Part shown: positions 51,811 to 64,000 of the stretch, piece by piece
Numbering within the stretch: the first letter of the stretch is position 1
Layout: every line of letters begins with the position of its first letter
DNA from: Antedon mediterranea
Lineage: Eukaryota > Animalia > Echinodermata
Length of the DNA stretch: 64,000 nucleotides
Assembly (NCBI RefSeq): GCF_964355755.1
Contig: NC_092672.1
Location: 11,346,001 to 11,410,000, forward strand
Direction: 5' to 3'
Translations under genes and position numbers: made by a program
The notes under the pieces: generated by a model
Told to the model about the DNA's origin: nothing
What the model saw: the letters and a program-made list of their open reading frames with translations, nothing else
Databases searched by the model: none

Positions 51811-54691
51811 TTAGGGAATCGGTAGACCTGGTGCCATGATCCTTAGAGGAGAAGTATGATGTTTAAAAGTGTACCATGGACAACGATTTTTGGAATGATG
51901 CAAATGAACATCAACATCATTTTGTTCTAGGACGGTAGAGAGAAGGGTGAACACTACTGTAAATAGTCCAAATATAGTCCCGATAATGAATAGAATGGTG
52001 TATACTGGGCTCATAATGCATGATGACTGTATTGTATAGTTTACAGTGTCTCCCTCCTTACTGTCGCGAAACAAAGTTCGTTAATTCTGCCTAGGTCTCC
52101 TCTCATTTGTGTTTAGTTTATTTTTTTAGCCACAGAAATTGGCAAATTCATAGTTGGTAGCTGGAGAAAGTATTTGATTTAATTAATAAGTATTTTTTTA
52201 TTTTCATTGAACATTGAATTTATTTATTAATTCATTAATATTATTTAGTTAAGTTTTAGTGTTATGCAACATTTATATGACCTTAGTGACCTCTGTTAAC
52301 ATTAGAACTGTATACCTATACTTTTATGATCTAAGATTGAATTAATTCATCCATCATAATTCACAGTGTGAACAGAGTGTCAACATCACTAATCTAAATA
52401 TATTGAGGCTGTTAACCTTTAAGAATGAATAATTAAATGTACATCAACAACATTTCATGCAGATTACTATTTTACCTAACTTTTTAGTTTAAAATCAATA
52501 TGTACATAAAGACAAATATTTTTATAATATCAATCAAATCAATGTTTTTATTTGAAATTATTTTTACCTATTACTATGTATATATGATAATATGTTTAGA
52601 TAATCCAATAAACGCCATCAAAACATAAAATCATAACTTTCCTCTCAACAGAGTAAAGTTTTATACTTAGTACATCTATTGGTTTTTGTACGATACGAAT
52701 AAGAAGAAAATATTTTATTTAATTTTTTTTTTAGTCTAGGGTAATTCACAAGTTTATTTTCTTATTCTGGTCATTTTGTTTAGGGATCTAAGCTTAGAAT
52801 CTTGAAAATAGGTAGGTCAGGTGAATTTAAACCAAAGGGAATAAGAACAATATCATTGACAATATATGATATTCCTAATCCTATAATACCTTTTCAATTT
52901 GGAGACAAAATTTTGTCACTAGAGAATCGTGGGCCTGTCAATCTCACTAAAATCTCACACTCTGTGACATTCTATCGACGCTTCTAATTGTCAGTTTGTT
53001 TTATCTTACCTAAACTGTCTGTCGGAATATTTTGAAATAACATCAGCCATAAATGTGTACATATTTGTCCATAAAATGGTTAAGCTAATTCAATATTTAG
53101 ATTTAAAGATGTGCAAACAAGAATTTGCACAAAAGACAAACACAACTCGTTGAACCGAGTTGTATAAAAAGAAACTCGATAATGGCAAGCCATTAGGCTT
53201 GCTATATCTGTACAAGTTAACTGTCTAATTATTAGTTAATATACAATTCTAGGCCAGCATCTCTAACAATAGTCAATGCAAACTGTGTGTTTCAACTCTC
53301 TTGTGGTATCCAAGTAAAGATTTCTATCCAACTTCTACAGTATTGTGTTACCAACAATTGGTTAACATGTATTTACCCAGCTGCTATTCAAACAGTCCAA
53401 AAGAAAAAATCGTGAATAATAATATACAGAATTGAATTGATTGTCGCAAATATGAATAACAGAATCCTTGGTAAATACGACCGGTACTTCTAATATGTAC
53501 AAATCTTGACCTCATATGACCTAACCGATAAAGCCTCGACGTCGTTCTTCGTTAAGGTGAAATCATCGCTGGCATGTACTTAGTTTGCGAGTTAAGGTAT
53601 AAATTATATTTTATTATCAACCAGTTAGATGTGAGATAGCTGTGCATGTTTTACTTTAAACCTTTATGGAGTGTGGCTTGGAATAAATAATGAAAGCAGA
53701 TCTTGGAGAAAAAAAACTCTTTAAATATTGATCTATAATAATAAGACACAGTGCGCTTATAAGAATTATTAATCGCCTATTAAAAGAATGGTTTTGACAG
53801 GTAATGCCCGTAGGCCTTGTCAAATGCCATCCAACTCAACTTTAGATATTTTTACATAAATCATCATTTGAGAAATATAATGTGGTTGTGTATCGGTTCA
53901 TGCTAATTGGCTACTTTTTATCTTTATTAATGTCATCTTGTATCATGATTTGAATCAGAATCGAAAGCAATAACGTATACTTCAACGCTTTAATCACTAA
54001 CTACGTGTTTTCTTATTCTGAAATTCTTTAAGTCTTCATCTAATAGTAAATTAATGTTGACTTATGTCAGACTTCATCATGAATTCATTGCTATGGCAAC
54101 TATATTATAAATCATTCACACACTAAGAAATTATTAACTGTAAATAATATCATTATTATGGTTGCATAAGGTTAACTAATTCACTGATTTAAAAATCAGG
54201 CAAAATTTGTTTACATCAAATGTAAAGGTCAATCCAATTTTAAATACAAAACATTCAGTATAGTATAGCTGTAGTTGCTTGGTTTATGGTTGATTGGAAG
54301 TTGGTAATGACAGTTGTTTCTGATTGGTCAGAAGTGCATTATCTTGTGACCATGAATTCTATGATGATTGAATTCACACAGACACTATACCCTACCATCA
54401 TTTTACTACTATATATTATATTGTTTAATACTTATTGTTTGTTTTAGTTGGTGATGGAAGTTGTTTCTGATTTGTCAGAAGTGCATTATTTTGGTCAATG
54501 GATTCTTGGATGATTTCACATTCATTTTTTATTTCAGATAAATATCCATTACAGAGAGAACATACTTTACATAACAGAAACAAATTGATTCTCAGACTTA
54601 AAATAAAACTAATAAATGATTTTACCATGTGCTACTGTTTTTACTATTGTGGGGCCTCAATAATGTCATATACTGTAGGTTCAAATAAAAC

Positions 54692-54699
54692 TATTATTA

Positions 54700-54743
<44 letters not shown>

Positions 54744-54750
54744 TATTATA
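54692..54750. repeat. (ATT)n microsatellite
   Basis: Direct trinucleotide run. Confidence 0.95.
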
Positions 54751-54858
54751 TTTGTTATTACTGTAGTACTCTTTATTGCAAAACAATAGTAGCTAACAAA
54801 TTTACTACTGACATCATTGATTAAAGCCACATTAGGAATTAAAGAAGAAGGAGTTATA

Positions 54859-55393
54859 GGGTCTGTTTCTGCTGCATAACGCAATTTAACCGGTTATTTT
54901 AAAATAGATTAAAAATAGATAACAATAACAAGACCGCGTTTCTGCTCAATTTGTGCTCCGAAATAACCGGTTAAATCTATGGGTGGTCATCGAGCAAAAC
55001 GTCATCATTACCCAAAATGCAATACACTCAGACGGAAGTAGAAGTTGGCTGTTTGTTTACATCGACGTCGTGAGTGCACACGTGTGTATTATATTGCCGA
55101 ACATCTCACTCAAACTTGTTAAAAAAATAAAATGTTGTCTCCAGGTCTACAAGTTTTGTTTTTTGTAAAGCCTACTTACATCGCTAATAAAATTAATTCT
55201 CATGGCGCCTTCAAGAACATGATGGGGAGGGTCGTGCAGCGCCCGATCGCCTAAACTAGGATAATTTTTATATAGATTTAACCGGTTATTTCGGAGCACA
55301 AATTGAGCAGAAACGCGGTCTTGTTATTGTTATCTATTTTTAATCCATTTTAAAATAACCGGTTAAATTGCGTTATGCAGCAGAAACAGACCC
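54859..55393. mobile_element. Young Harbinger-like MITE with 122-bp TIRs
   Basis: 54859-54980 and 55272-55393 are inverted copies with one mismatch seen; 3-bp TSD ATA. Confidence 0.93.
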
Positions 55394-57805
55394 ATACAGT
55401 GCTTACAACTAATGTAATTATAGATTTAACTGATCCACTAATGTTAAGTAATATGATTGTCCTTTAATGTTATTGTACTTTGCAACAATTAAACTTTTGT
55501 TTAAAAAATATCTTTCTAAATACATACTTTATTACTGTATTAACAATTCCTTTGAGGTAGTGTTCGTATGAATTACGTAGTTATGATTTGATAATTGGGC
55601 TTTATGATACTGAATGGGTTTATGTTTCATTTGAACATATTCCAGCTTTTGTTTAACAAAGCTGTTTAATTGAGTGCATAGCTAAATGAGAATGAAATAT
55701 TTAAAATAGATATTTATGCCTTTGTAGCATTCATAAAAATGGGCTAAGTAGTTAGGCTTGGTAGATGAGGTTTTAATTGTTGCGTTGTTATCACATTTAG
55801 ATATTTAACTAATTACAGTATTGAACATTAGCCTTGAACCTTCTAATTGGACATTGTTTTTCTGGGGTAGAGTAATCTTTTATTATTGGTATCATTAGAA
55901 TTTAAATTTTCATTGCAAGAAATGTCTAAAAACAAAGACAATTTAATATGAATAATTGATCTTTGTTTATCAGTGATCAAATATAATAAAAATTTAAAAC
56001 ATTACCATATAAGCATAATCCCCAATTCCATATCCCATATAGAGCCCTCCTGGGACTATACTCAGTAATTAATAAATATCAAATAGACATTTATTTGATT
56101 GATTGGATTTGATCAATCACCAAATTTGATTACAAAATATTGTCCATGTTTATGAATATATTAAATATTCACTTTTGCAAATAAACGGAACAAATTTACA
56201 GTGCTTGCCATTTGTCTATTGTCATAGACTTCAGGACTGAAACTGTATCGCATTCATTTGTTGCATAAGTTTCTTCTTTATTCATTTATTACAACAAGCA
56301 AACAAAAATTGTTCATGTCTTAAGTGCTGTATTGAACAGTTTGAAAATTAATCACGAAAACATAACATGGGTCAATGTTGAACGTGATCCTGGCCAGGAA
56401 ATTGTGTCTTTGAGTGGTTAGATGAGGTATCACATTCAAACTAGTAATCATTTTGCCATTTTCAAAAAAACTTATGCAAATATTAATAAGATCTTGAGTT
56501 GGTAATCTGATATACTTTAAGACAACCTCAAGCCAGTGGTAAATAGAGAACAGTATTAATTCTGTCAGTCTACATACTAGCAAGTAAACATAGTGTTCTT
56601 GCATCACCTGGTTAAATAAAAAAGCTTAACGATACCCGCTACTGACAATGACTGTTCACGCATACGTGATGCTGCCGCGCATTTACAGCCACTCATTGGC
56701 TATGTCTTGAACACACCAGTTGTCTTGAATTTCATGTAAGTGCGAGAAAAGCAATATGACAGGATCAGTTATTTTGTTATCCATTAGCAAAAAGTAAAGA
56801 AATCAAATCTTGGCCTAACACAGCGTTTGTCGTTATTAATGGCTGTAATGCCTGGGACTACTTTAATAGCAGGGACTACTTTTTAATGGCCAGAGTAATT
56901 TAAAATTGTTGAACTACTTTACTACATTAATATGATCTGAGATTGTATAGATCTAAAAACTAATAAAATGAATTCTATGTGAAACCCTATAATTTAGCAT
57001 TCAAAGTAATGTACACACACAACCATCAAATATGTAGTAAATATACATGAAGACGTTTGATTATTCTGATGCCATTTAAATGTTAAATGTAACCATGAAT
57101 TTAATACCATTTGCATTTGAAGATATAATATGTATTAGTTATATTTTGGATATTTTAAAAGAGTCACTCAGAATTATTATAAAAAGATGTTATTTTGTAC
57201 AAATTTATTTTGTACAAATTTATTTTGTACTTTCTTATACTAATTCTTACAAATCTGTTTGTTTTGATTAAAATTAGTCATGCAGTATGCTTGAGGATTT
57301 CTTTAATTAATCTTTCGATGATTACCGTATGTATGCTATCTCCTCAATTATGTGAGGTTTCACATGCCATTGTGTCTTGTATTTATCCAGTGGACACAAA
57401 AGTGGTCTTTAAAAAGATGACCTGTAAACACAACCAGGAGAATTCCTTGAATTGTCGCCAACAAATTGGAATGTTGAACATGGTTTAAATAATACCACAG
57501 AAATACTTATAAAGTTATATGGAATGGTGTACATGCAATTGTCATTAATGACCAGTGCCTGAAAAATCTAGAAGAATAATTTTCATGGAAACATTACAAA
57601 TAGGACTGCACTATCGCAAATGAAGTGTATTTACAGTAGCTACGGATGATTGCTAACCGCCTAAACCCAGGGGTTGTAGAGCTTAAGAGGCCCTAGTACA
57701 TGACCAGCCCCCATGCAACTACCCATCGTTGGAGGGCCTTTAGACTACTGCTATACATGCAATACCGTATGCGTTAAGCCATGTGTGTAGTGATTAGCTC
57801 TACAT

Positions 57806-58255
57806 CACTCTGCTCCTCTTACTATCTGTCAGCTTTTAACTAAAGTAACTTCCAACGGCCGTATGAACACTAGGCAAATTACTAAAGGAGATCTTCTTAT
57901 CCCTCGTCCTTACCTTGAAATCTTTAAACTTTCTTTTAGTTTCAATGCTCCTTCTTTCTTTAATTCTCTACCTTTAAGCATTCGTAACTCTTACAATTTC
58001 TCCTCCTTTAAATCTCTTTTGAAAAAACACCTGTTTCTCTCTCTCTGATTTTATTTCTTTTTATCCTTCTTTCATTGTTGGCTTTCTGTATATTTATATA
58101 TATATATATTTATTTTTTATATCTTTGTTAATTTTGTGTTTTTTTATTTTTTTGGGTATTTACTGTTTGTTTGAGGGTCCCTAATGATCAGCTGATGCTG
58201 GATGGACCACCCTCATAAAATATTGTTGAAATAAAATAAAAAAAATAAAAAAAAT
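57806..58255 (+). mobile_element. 3' end of a CR1/L2-group LINE (ORF2 C-terminus, 3'UTR, A-rich tail)
   Basis: HSAPLTICQLL...MNTR...DLLIPRP.LEIFKLSFSFNAPSFFNSLPLSIRNS..FSSFKSLLKKHL matches the CR1/L2/Crack C-terminal motif. It ends GAGGGTCC...GGACCACCCTC then an (AAAAT)n tail. An inverted tail fragment lies at about 7759-7790. Confidence 0.85.
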
Positions 58256-61200
58256 AGATGGAAAATATATAATAAGGAAACTATGTACGTAAACAACAAA
58301 GAATATACAAATTGGTTGACATATAAATATCAGCAATGATGTATGAATTGGTTGACCCCAGGCTTTATACATATGTGGCCTTAAACTATATTACACTGTG
58401 ACAGGTTTGTATTCCATCTATCTCATGAGTGTTATATACTGTAGGGGAAAGATGCCATAAACATTATGACATAATCCATTTAACTTGCACATTGGGAATA
58501 ATATTTAAGAATGGCAAATTCATACTTGCTTTTGCCAGTGTTTAGTAATTGTCTTCTTTATTATATTGGCGGACTTGATGACAGTGCCCACGGTCAGTAT
58601 TTGATAGGACAAAAGAAGTAGGATTATCCACAATTTGACATCTTTTCTTTTATTGTGATAACTTTTTACTTTTTTTTAGGATTATTTTATTTATTAATTA
58701 TGTTTGTTTTGCCATAACTAAAGAGGCTATAAATAAAGAAAAGACACACACAAATAGGTTCTGATATCAATATGTATGGATAATTCCAGTTACAGTTAAT
58801 TCCAGTTAAATAATAACATTAAAGAGCAAACTTTCTTTCTAGTGGTGGTCATATCAGTTTTGTGTGAATTATATTTAAGCTATATTTATTAATTTACTTT
58901 GCATTTAGTAGATACTAGTCTGTTGTCTCTAATTTGGATGTTCTTATAGTTAAAAAAGAATCTTTAAGAACATTAAATTTGCTTGAATGTCTTACAAAAT
59001 TAAGAGGGAGGGGGAGCATGAATCCCATGTGATATGCTTGAATTTCCCATTGCTTGTAATTAAATTAATAGTTAATAGCTACAAATGTGTATACCCATAT
59101 CATTTTGTTAAATCCTTGTTTTCATCATGATATTGATTTCTCTATTGGTTTTATGTGTGAACGCTTGCAAATCGGTTGCCACGCTCAATTGCCTCCTATA
59201 ACTTTACCCAGTGCGCTGAGGTGTTAAAAACCTTGTGTTAGGCAAGTGTATCATCACTTGTCTGTATTCAATCTCGTTAAGCTTTTATTTTCAGGGCTAA
59301 CGATTTAATCATCAGCCACCTGATTAGACGGATATAACAACATCAAAGAACCGATGTAATCTGATATACGATTTAAAATATCAATAATTAGAAAATAATA
59401 ACTATGATTATTGTAAAGGAATTCAGAAATAATCATGAAATGTATAACGAATAAATAACTATTTGCTTTAAGTTATTCTTTCAACTTGAATCTAATCATA
59501 ATGTCTTCAAATCTAATCATTATAACATTATTCTTTGTATTAATCATAATCAAGTTTGTCTCTATAGAAACTAATTCTTTATTATAGAATTACTGTAATT
59601 GGGTTATGAATTTATATTTCATCTCATATTTGTATGAATTAAAATTCAATAAACAAAAAAATGTAATGTTAATTTTGTTATCAAAGTAATAATAATTTTG
59701 ACTATCAAAATGTTTAATAGACAGAATTACACATTGATTTATGTCCAAATATTAAAAAATTAGTAGTGTGTATGTAACGACAACCTTGTGTCAAAATTAA
59801 TTTGTAAACCTAGATTTGATATATGATACAAAGGCATAGAGTTTATAGTGACACATAGATTCAGTAATGACCAAAGTCTCTAACGTCCCCATCTACCATA
59901 ATAAATGTATTTTAAGTTTCCCAAGTGCCCCAACCCAGCATATCATACATGTCATAAATGACCTCAAATGACCCACTGTTGCAACTAATCTTCATAAACT
60001 TCATAAACCATCATAATCAGTTAAGATATATTAAATTTAAGTGAAGAAAGAATAGACTTCCTATTCAGAATGTGTTCAGACAGTTCTACGCATCTTGTGC
60101 TAGAGATATCAGATATGAAAAGAAAACAAAACCATAATCTCTTGAAAGAGGCAAATCTTCTTGGTAATTTTTCAAGATATCGTTTGTCTTACTAATAGAT
60201 GAATTGGCAAAATTGAACTTATTCTTTAATTGTTGTTTCCAGTGGGAAATTAAGAAATGTCCCTAGGGAGGATTTGGGACTGCACCACATAATTGAGATC
60301 GTGCGTTCAACATTTGGGATTGATATGTTACTAGAACAAAGGACACAGTTACTCATAAAATCTTAAACTAATCTACTTTGTATAAAGCCAAGCCTAAATA
60401 AATGTGTAAAATCAGATACTTAGATATTAAAATATTGCGGATTGATGTGTTGGTATTTGATAAGAAATTCTTAAACATGGATGTTTAAACCTATTTTATG
60501 GTATATACTGTAGATGATCAAGGTACTTAGAAAATGCTGTAAAGAATATCACATAGGAATTGGAAACATGATGAAAACCTGCCAAACAAATTTTTCTTTT
60601 TTTTTTTACGTTTGAAGTACAATACCAGGAAACGTTTTCTAAAGCTATGAAAAACATGTTTATCATTAAATTTTGGTTCCATTTTTAATTTATTCAAAGA
60701 TACCCTGAATTGAATTGTTTGTTGCAACCAATAAAATCAAACTGATGCAAGGAGAGATGTGCCAATTGTCGAGGAGTAATCTAATAAGGACTATATAGAA
60801 AAAAATACTTTAATTACAAACAGTCTAAAATTGTTATTCATTTTTTATAGCTCATTATATTATCATTCTTACTTTTATTACATGACTCAACCTAAGCTCA
60901 ACCCAAGCCAGTCGTACAGACTCTGATTTAATGATAGCTGAAAGCATTTGTGAATATTTAATGAGAAAAAGTACCTAATTATTATTTAACCGATTGAATT
61001 CCTATGAGTGTGATAAAGATATGCTAAAATGAATGTTATAGTTTATTTCAAAAGAATACTTTTTATGTTCACAAATGGAAAAGTATGGTTCCGCAAATAT
61101 TCATTTTAAATGAAATTCTAGCATCTGTAATATGAGCAGGTGTTTTCAGTATTTAGCCAGTTTTTCATGCCTGCAGAAACAGCCCTCTTAACTACTTTCA

Positions 61201-61355
61201 TTGTTGTTGCCGTTTATATTTCTTCTTCTTTCCCTCTAAAATATTTTTCTTGATGATGTAAGATATTGTAAAATAAAATTCAAAATAACCAATAATCATA
61301 ATTATAGAGTAGGAACCATAGGGACACCTTCAGGACCCAAGAAAGTGTATCTTTA

Positions 61356-61517
61356 AGCTTGGTTCTCACAAGAGATGCAACGCAAGTACTTAACACAATG
61401 TAATTAGTGATTTGACCGATCACAAGCGATGGATTATTCAAACTGTTGCCTGTCCATGGTCAACTCGCTTGCATTGGATCTACGTCTTTGCGTTGCATCT
61501 GTAGTGGGAATCCAGCA
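61356..61517. mobile_element. Small decayed MITE
   Basis: AGCTTGGTTCTCACAAGAGATGCAACGCAA ... TTGCGTTGCATCTGTAGTGGGAATCCAGC imperfect TIRs with TTA-like flanks. Confidence 0.65.
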
Positions 61518-63115
61518 TTAATGATGGTTTCTCCTAATCTCTCATTTTAAAACATTTATTTCCTCTTGTTGGTTAACTGTCTGTGAAATTTTGTTTTATT
61601 ACTTTGGTATAATAATTCTCTAGTAAATCGTTTTACCTGGAGATATAGATAATTAATATCATTGATATACAACTGATAAAGTTGATGTGAAATGTGTTTG
61701 TAACTCATGCATTATATCAAAGTTGTTAGTATTAAACGATTGACATCACTGTATACTTTAAAGGCGGAAATTCTCTAAGCTTTTGATACAAAGACTTTTA
61801 AGCATTAGCCTATTTACAATTAAATCTGATATTACTAGTCTTTGCTAGATCCTTTTACTGTAAGTATTGAGTGAGTCTAATACCATAGTAATTTATGTAT
61901 TCCTTTGGGATCTTTATTTGTTTAGTTATAAAGTTCTCAACAAGGTTTCATTTTATGCATTTATCAATTATTTTCTATAGAATGTTTGTCATATTACCTT
62001 ATGTCATGAAAATATTTCTCCCATTTAACTTATAAACATTCATCATATAAGATATGATGAAGAAAGGATCTATCATAGCTATCATATTATGTGCTTGATA
62101 TGCAGATGTCCTAACCATTAGACCACTGGGGCTTTCATGCTATTGTTCAAACTCAATTGGATATATATTGTATACATTTTCTCATTGGTAAAATGTATAC
62201 AGTTTGTGCTGTATTACTACTGAAAAACCCCAATTAAAACACTGAATTTTGCTCATTCTATCATCAATATTCAGAGAATCGAATATAAGACCATGGATTG
62301 TAAGCAAGCCTATTAGCCCAGCTGCAGTGCCACAAGACATAGACCCTGCCAAGCTACAGTAGTTAAACATGGATTAATATACCACAATACCACATCGTAT
62401 AAACCAATTAGCCTATATATTGTTCTTTTTAACTTGACATTTCTTCTACGGATATAAATAGATATACAATGCTTGATGTGATGATCCAAGGGCTTGAGGC
62501 AGGGATTAGTATGGTGATCCAGTAAAGTCATATTCCCTAAGGAGCCTAGGATTAACACATTGATCTGATTGGTCGATGAACTTGAACCAAATAAACTTCC
62601 CAGTATTATGTCTTACCATTTAGTTGTTTTCTTTCACCATTACTAAACATGTCATCTTGGATTAGGCGCTTTCTTTGAATTGTTCTTAGATGATACCGAT
62701 TAACCTAATTTAATATCTGTATGTTTTAAGAATAATTCAACATTTGTTTCTGTTTTGATAATAAAGGAAGTCAATTTCTTTCATTTTATAAGATTTTACC
62801 ATATTGTTAGTTTATATAACAGTGATACATTTTTAATCTGGAGAAGTTCAAAACATTTTTATGTTAGATAACTAAAGGTTGCTTTATTTCTTTGTGCAAC
62901 AAATTGAAGTTCAATAACACATTGTTGCAATGCATTCTTTATGTATTGCTGTTGTTACTACAGTATATATATTTTCTATAATATCAGATAATGTCAGATA
63001 TACAAATTGAGTAGTTTCGTCATCAAATGACATTCAAATAACACAGAGCATAAAAAGAGGACCAATCTAGAAGTAAACTTGTCTTATTTAACATGGTTAC
63101 AAAAAATAAGAACTA

Positions 63116-63857
63116 CCGTATATTTCGGTGTATAAGTCGCACCTGTGTATAAGACGCACCCGTGTTTTTTTTATTTGTAATAATATATTTTGTTATATCT
63201 ACAATGGCGACCTTTATTTAGGTTTTTTCTTACCTAGGCTCGGCCGCGCCCAGCCTCAACAAGTTGTTTCTAACTTGTTATTCATGAGTTTCGCACCCGC
63301 AACATCGAGTGCATGACCGTGTGTAACACGCACGTGTGTGGGCTAGCCTCGCTCAATCATTTCGAGAGGGCGCATGTTTTCACGGACAATCGTATTCGAT
63401 TAGTATCTACCGTATGTATCCAAGAAGTGTGTACGCTAGGTCCATGCTATAATCACCTGGAGAATATACTAGTCGAATACCGTACAACATGTGGCCGCCA
63501 AGAAGGGCTTGCGCTCGGGTACGGCGGTCGGCGATCGTGCGTATACTAGGCCTATTCCAATCGTAAACGTTTACAAATGAAATTTTATCGGAGTGCCTAA
63601 AACAGGTCCATAATAAACAAATCTTTTCATCATATTTAGTATAACATCACGCTAAAATGCCTTGAAACTAGGCAGAAGCAGGTTGCCGTTACGTTAGTAC
63701 ACTCTAGCTAGGCCTAGCCTACTCAGGCCTAGCCAACGAGGTGACGATATGTACACTCTGTGTGGTGAGGCATTTATGTTCGGTGTATAAGACGCACCCT
63801 TAATTTAGAGGTCAAATTTGCGTGTCAAAAGTGCGACTTATACACCGAAATATACAG
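63116..63857. mobile_element. Tc1/mariner (pogo/Tc2-like) MITE
   Basis: TA TSD on both sides, 27-bp TIR C(C/T)GTATATTTCGGTGTATAAGTCGCAC and internal repeats of GTGTATAAGACGCACCC. Confidence 0.92.
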
Positions 63858-64000
63858 TAGTGAGAATAATAAAGCATCAATAATAATATATAACAAAGGG
63901 TATACTGACAACATCTTTATACCTGCTCTGCTATGTGTATTTATAATTTCTTGAGTTCAACCCAGTTTCCAGTTCAAGCTAATACTTGACACTACTTATT

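Noticed and set aside
47603-52040. Possible RTE-type LINE remnants at about 47603-47800 (minus) and 51812-52040 (plus)
   Set aside because: Only vague motif resemblance (RLT.CVL..WEP; RMVYTGLIMH); too decayed to call without a search.

Overview
AT-rich (roughly 30% GC by eye) eukaryotic DNA, probably from an invertebrate deuterostome; an echinoderm is my inference, not shown. Nearly all of the window is intronic sequence of one + strand Eph receptor tyrosine kinase gene. Two exons are visible: a 77-bp exon (4712-4788) and a 661-bp ligand-binding/Sushi exon (22712-23372). I found neither exon 1 nor exon 4, so the intron after 23372 appears to exceed 40 kb. The introns hold many non-autonomous DNA transposons (Zator-like, several PIF/Harbinger-like families, Kolobok-like, piggyBac-like, hAT-like, Tc1/mariner-pogo), SINE and LINE fragments including a 5S rRNA-derived SINE, and two minisatellites (20-bp and 24-bp units). 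The most unusual signals are: (i) a window-wide excess of TA-CAG-TA/TA-CTG-TA and TA-GGCC-TA motifs that look like transposon excision scars, including one case checkable against other copies of the same repeat; (ii) an internally deleted Zator element whose remaining first and last exons would splice in phase; (iii) small Harbinger-like elements carrying decayed Myb/SANT genes. There is no CRISPR array or prokaryotic system here.
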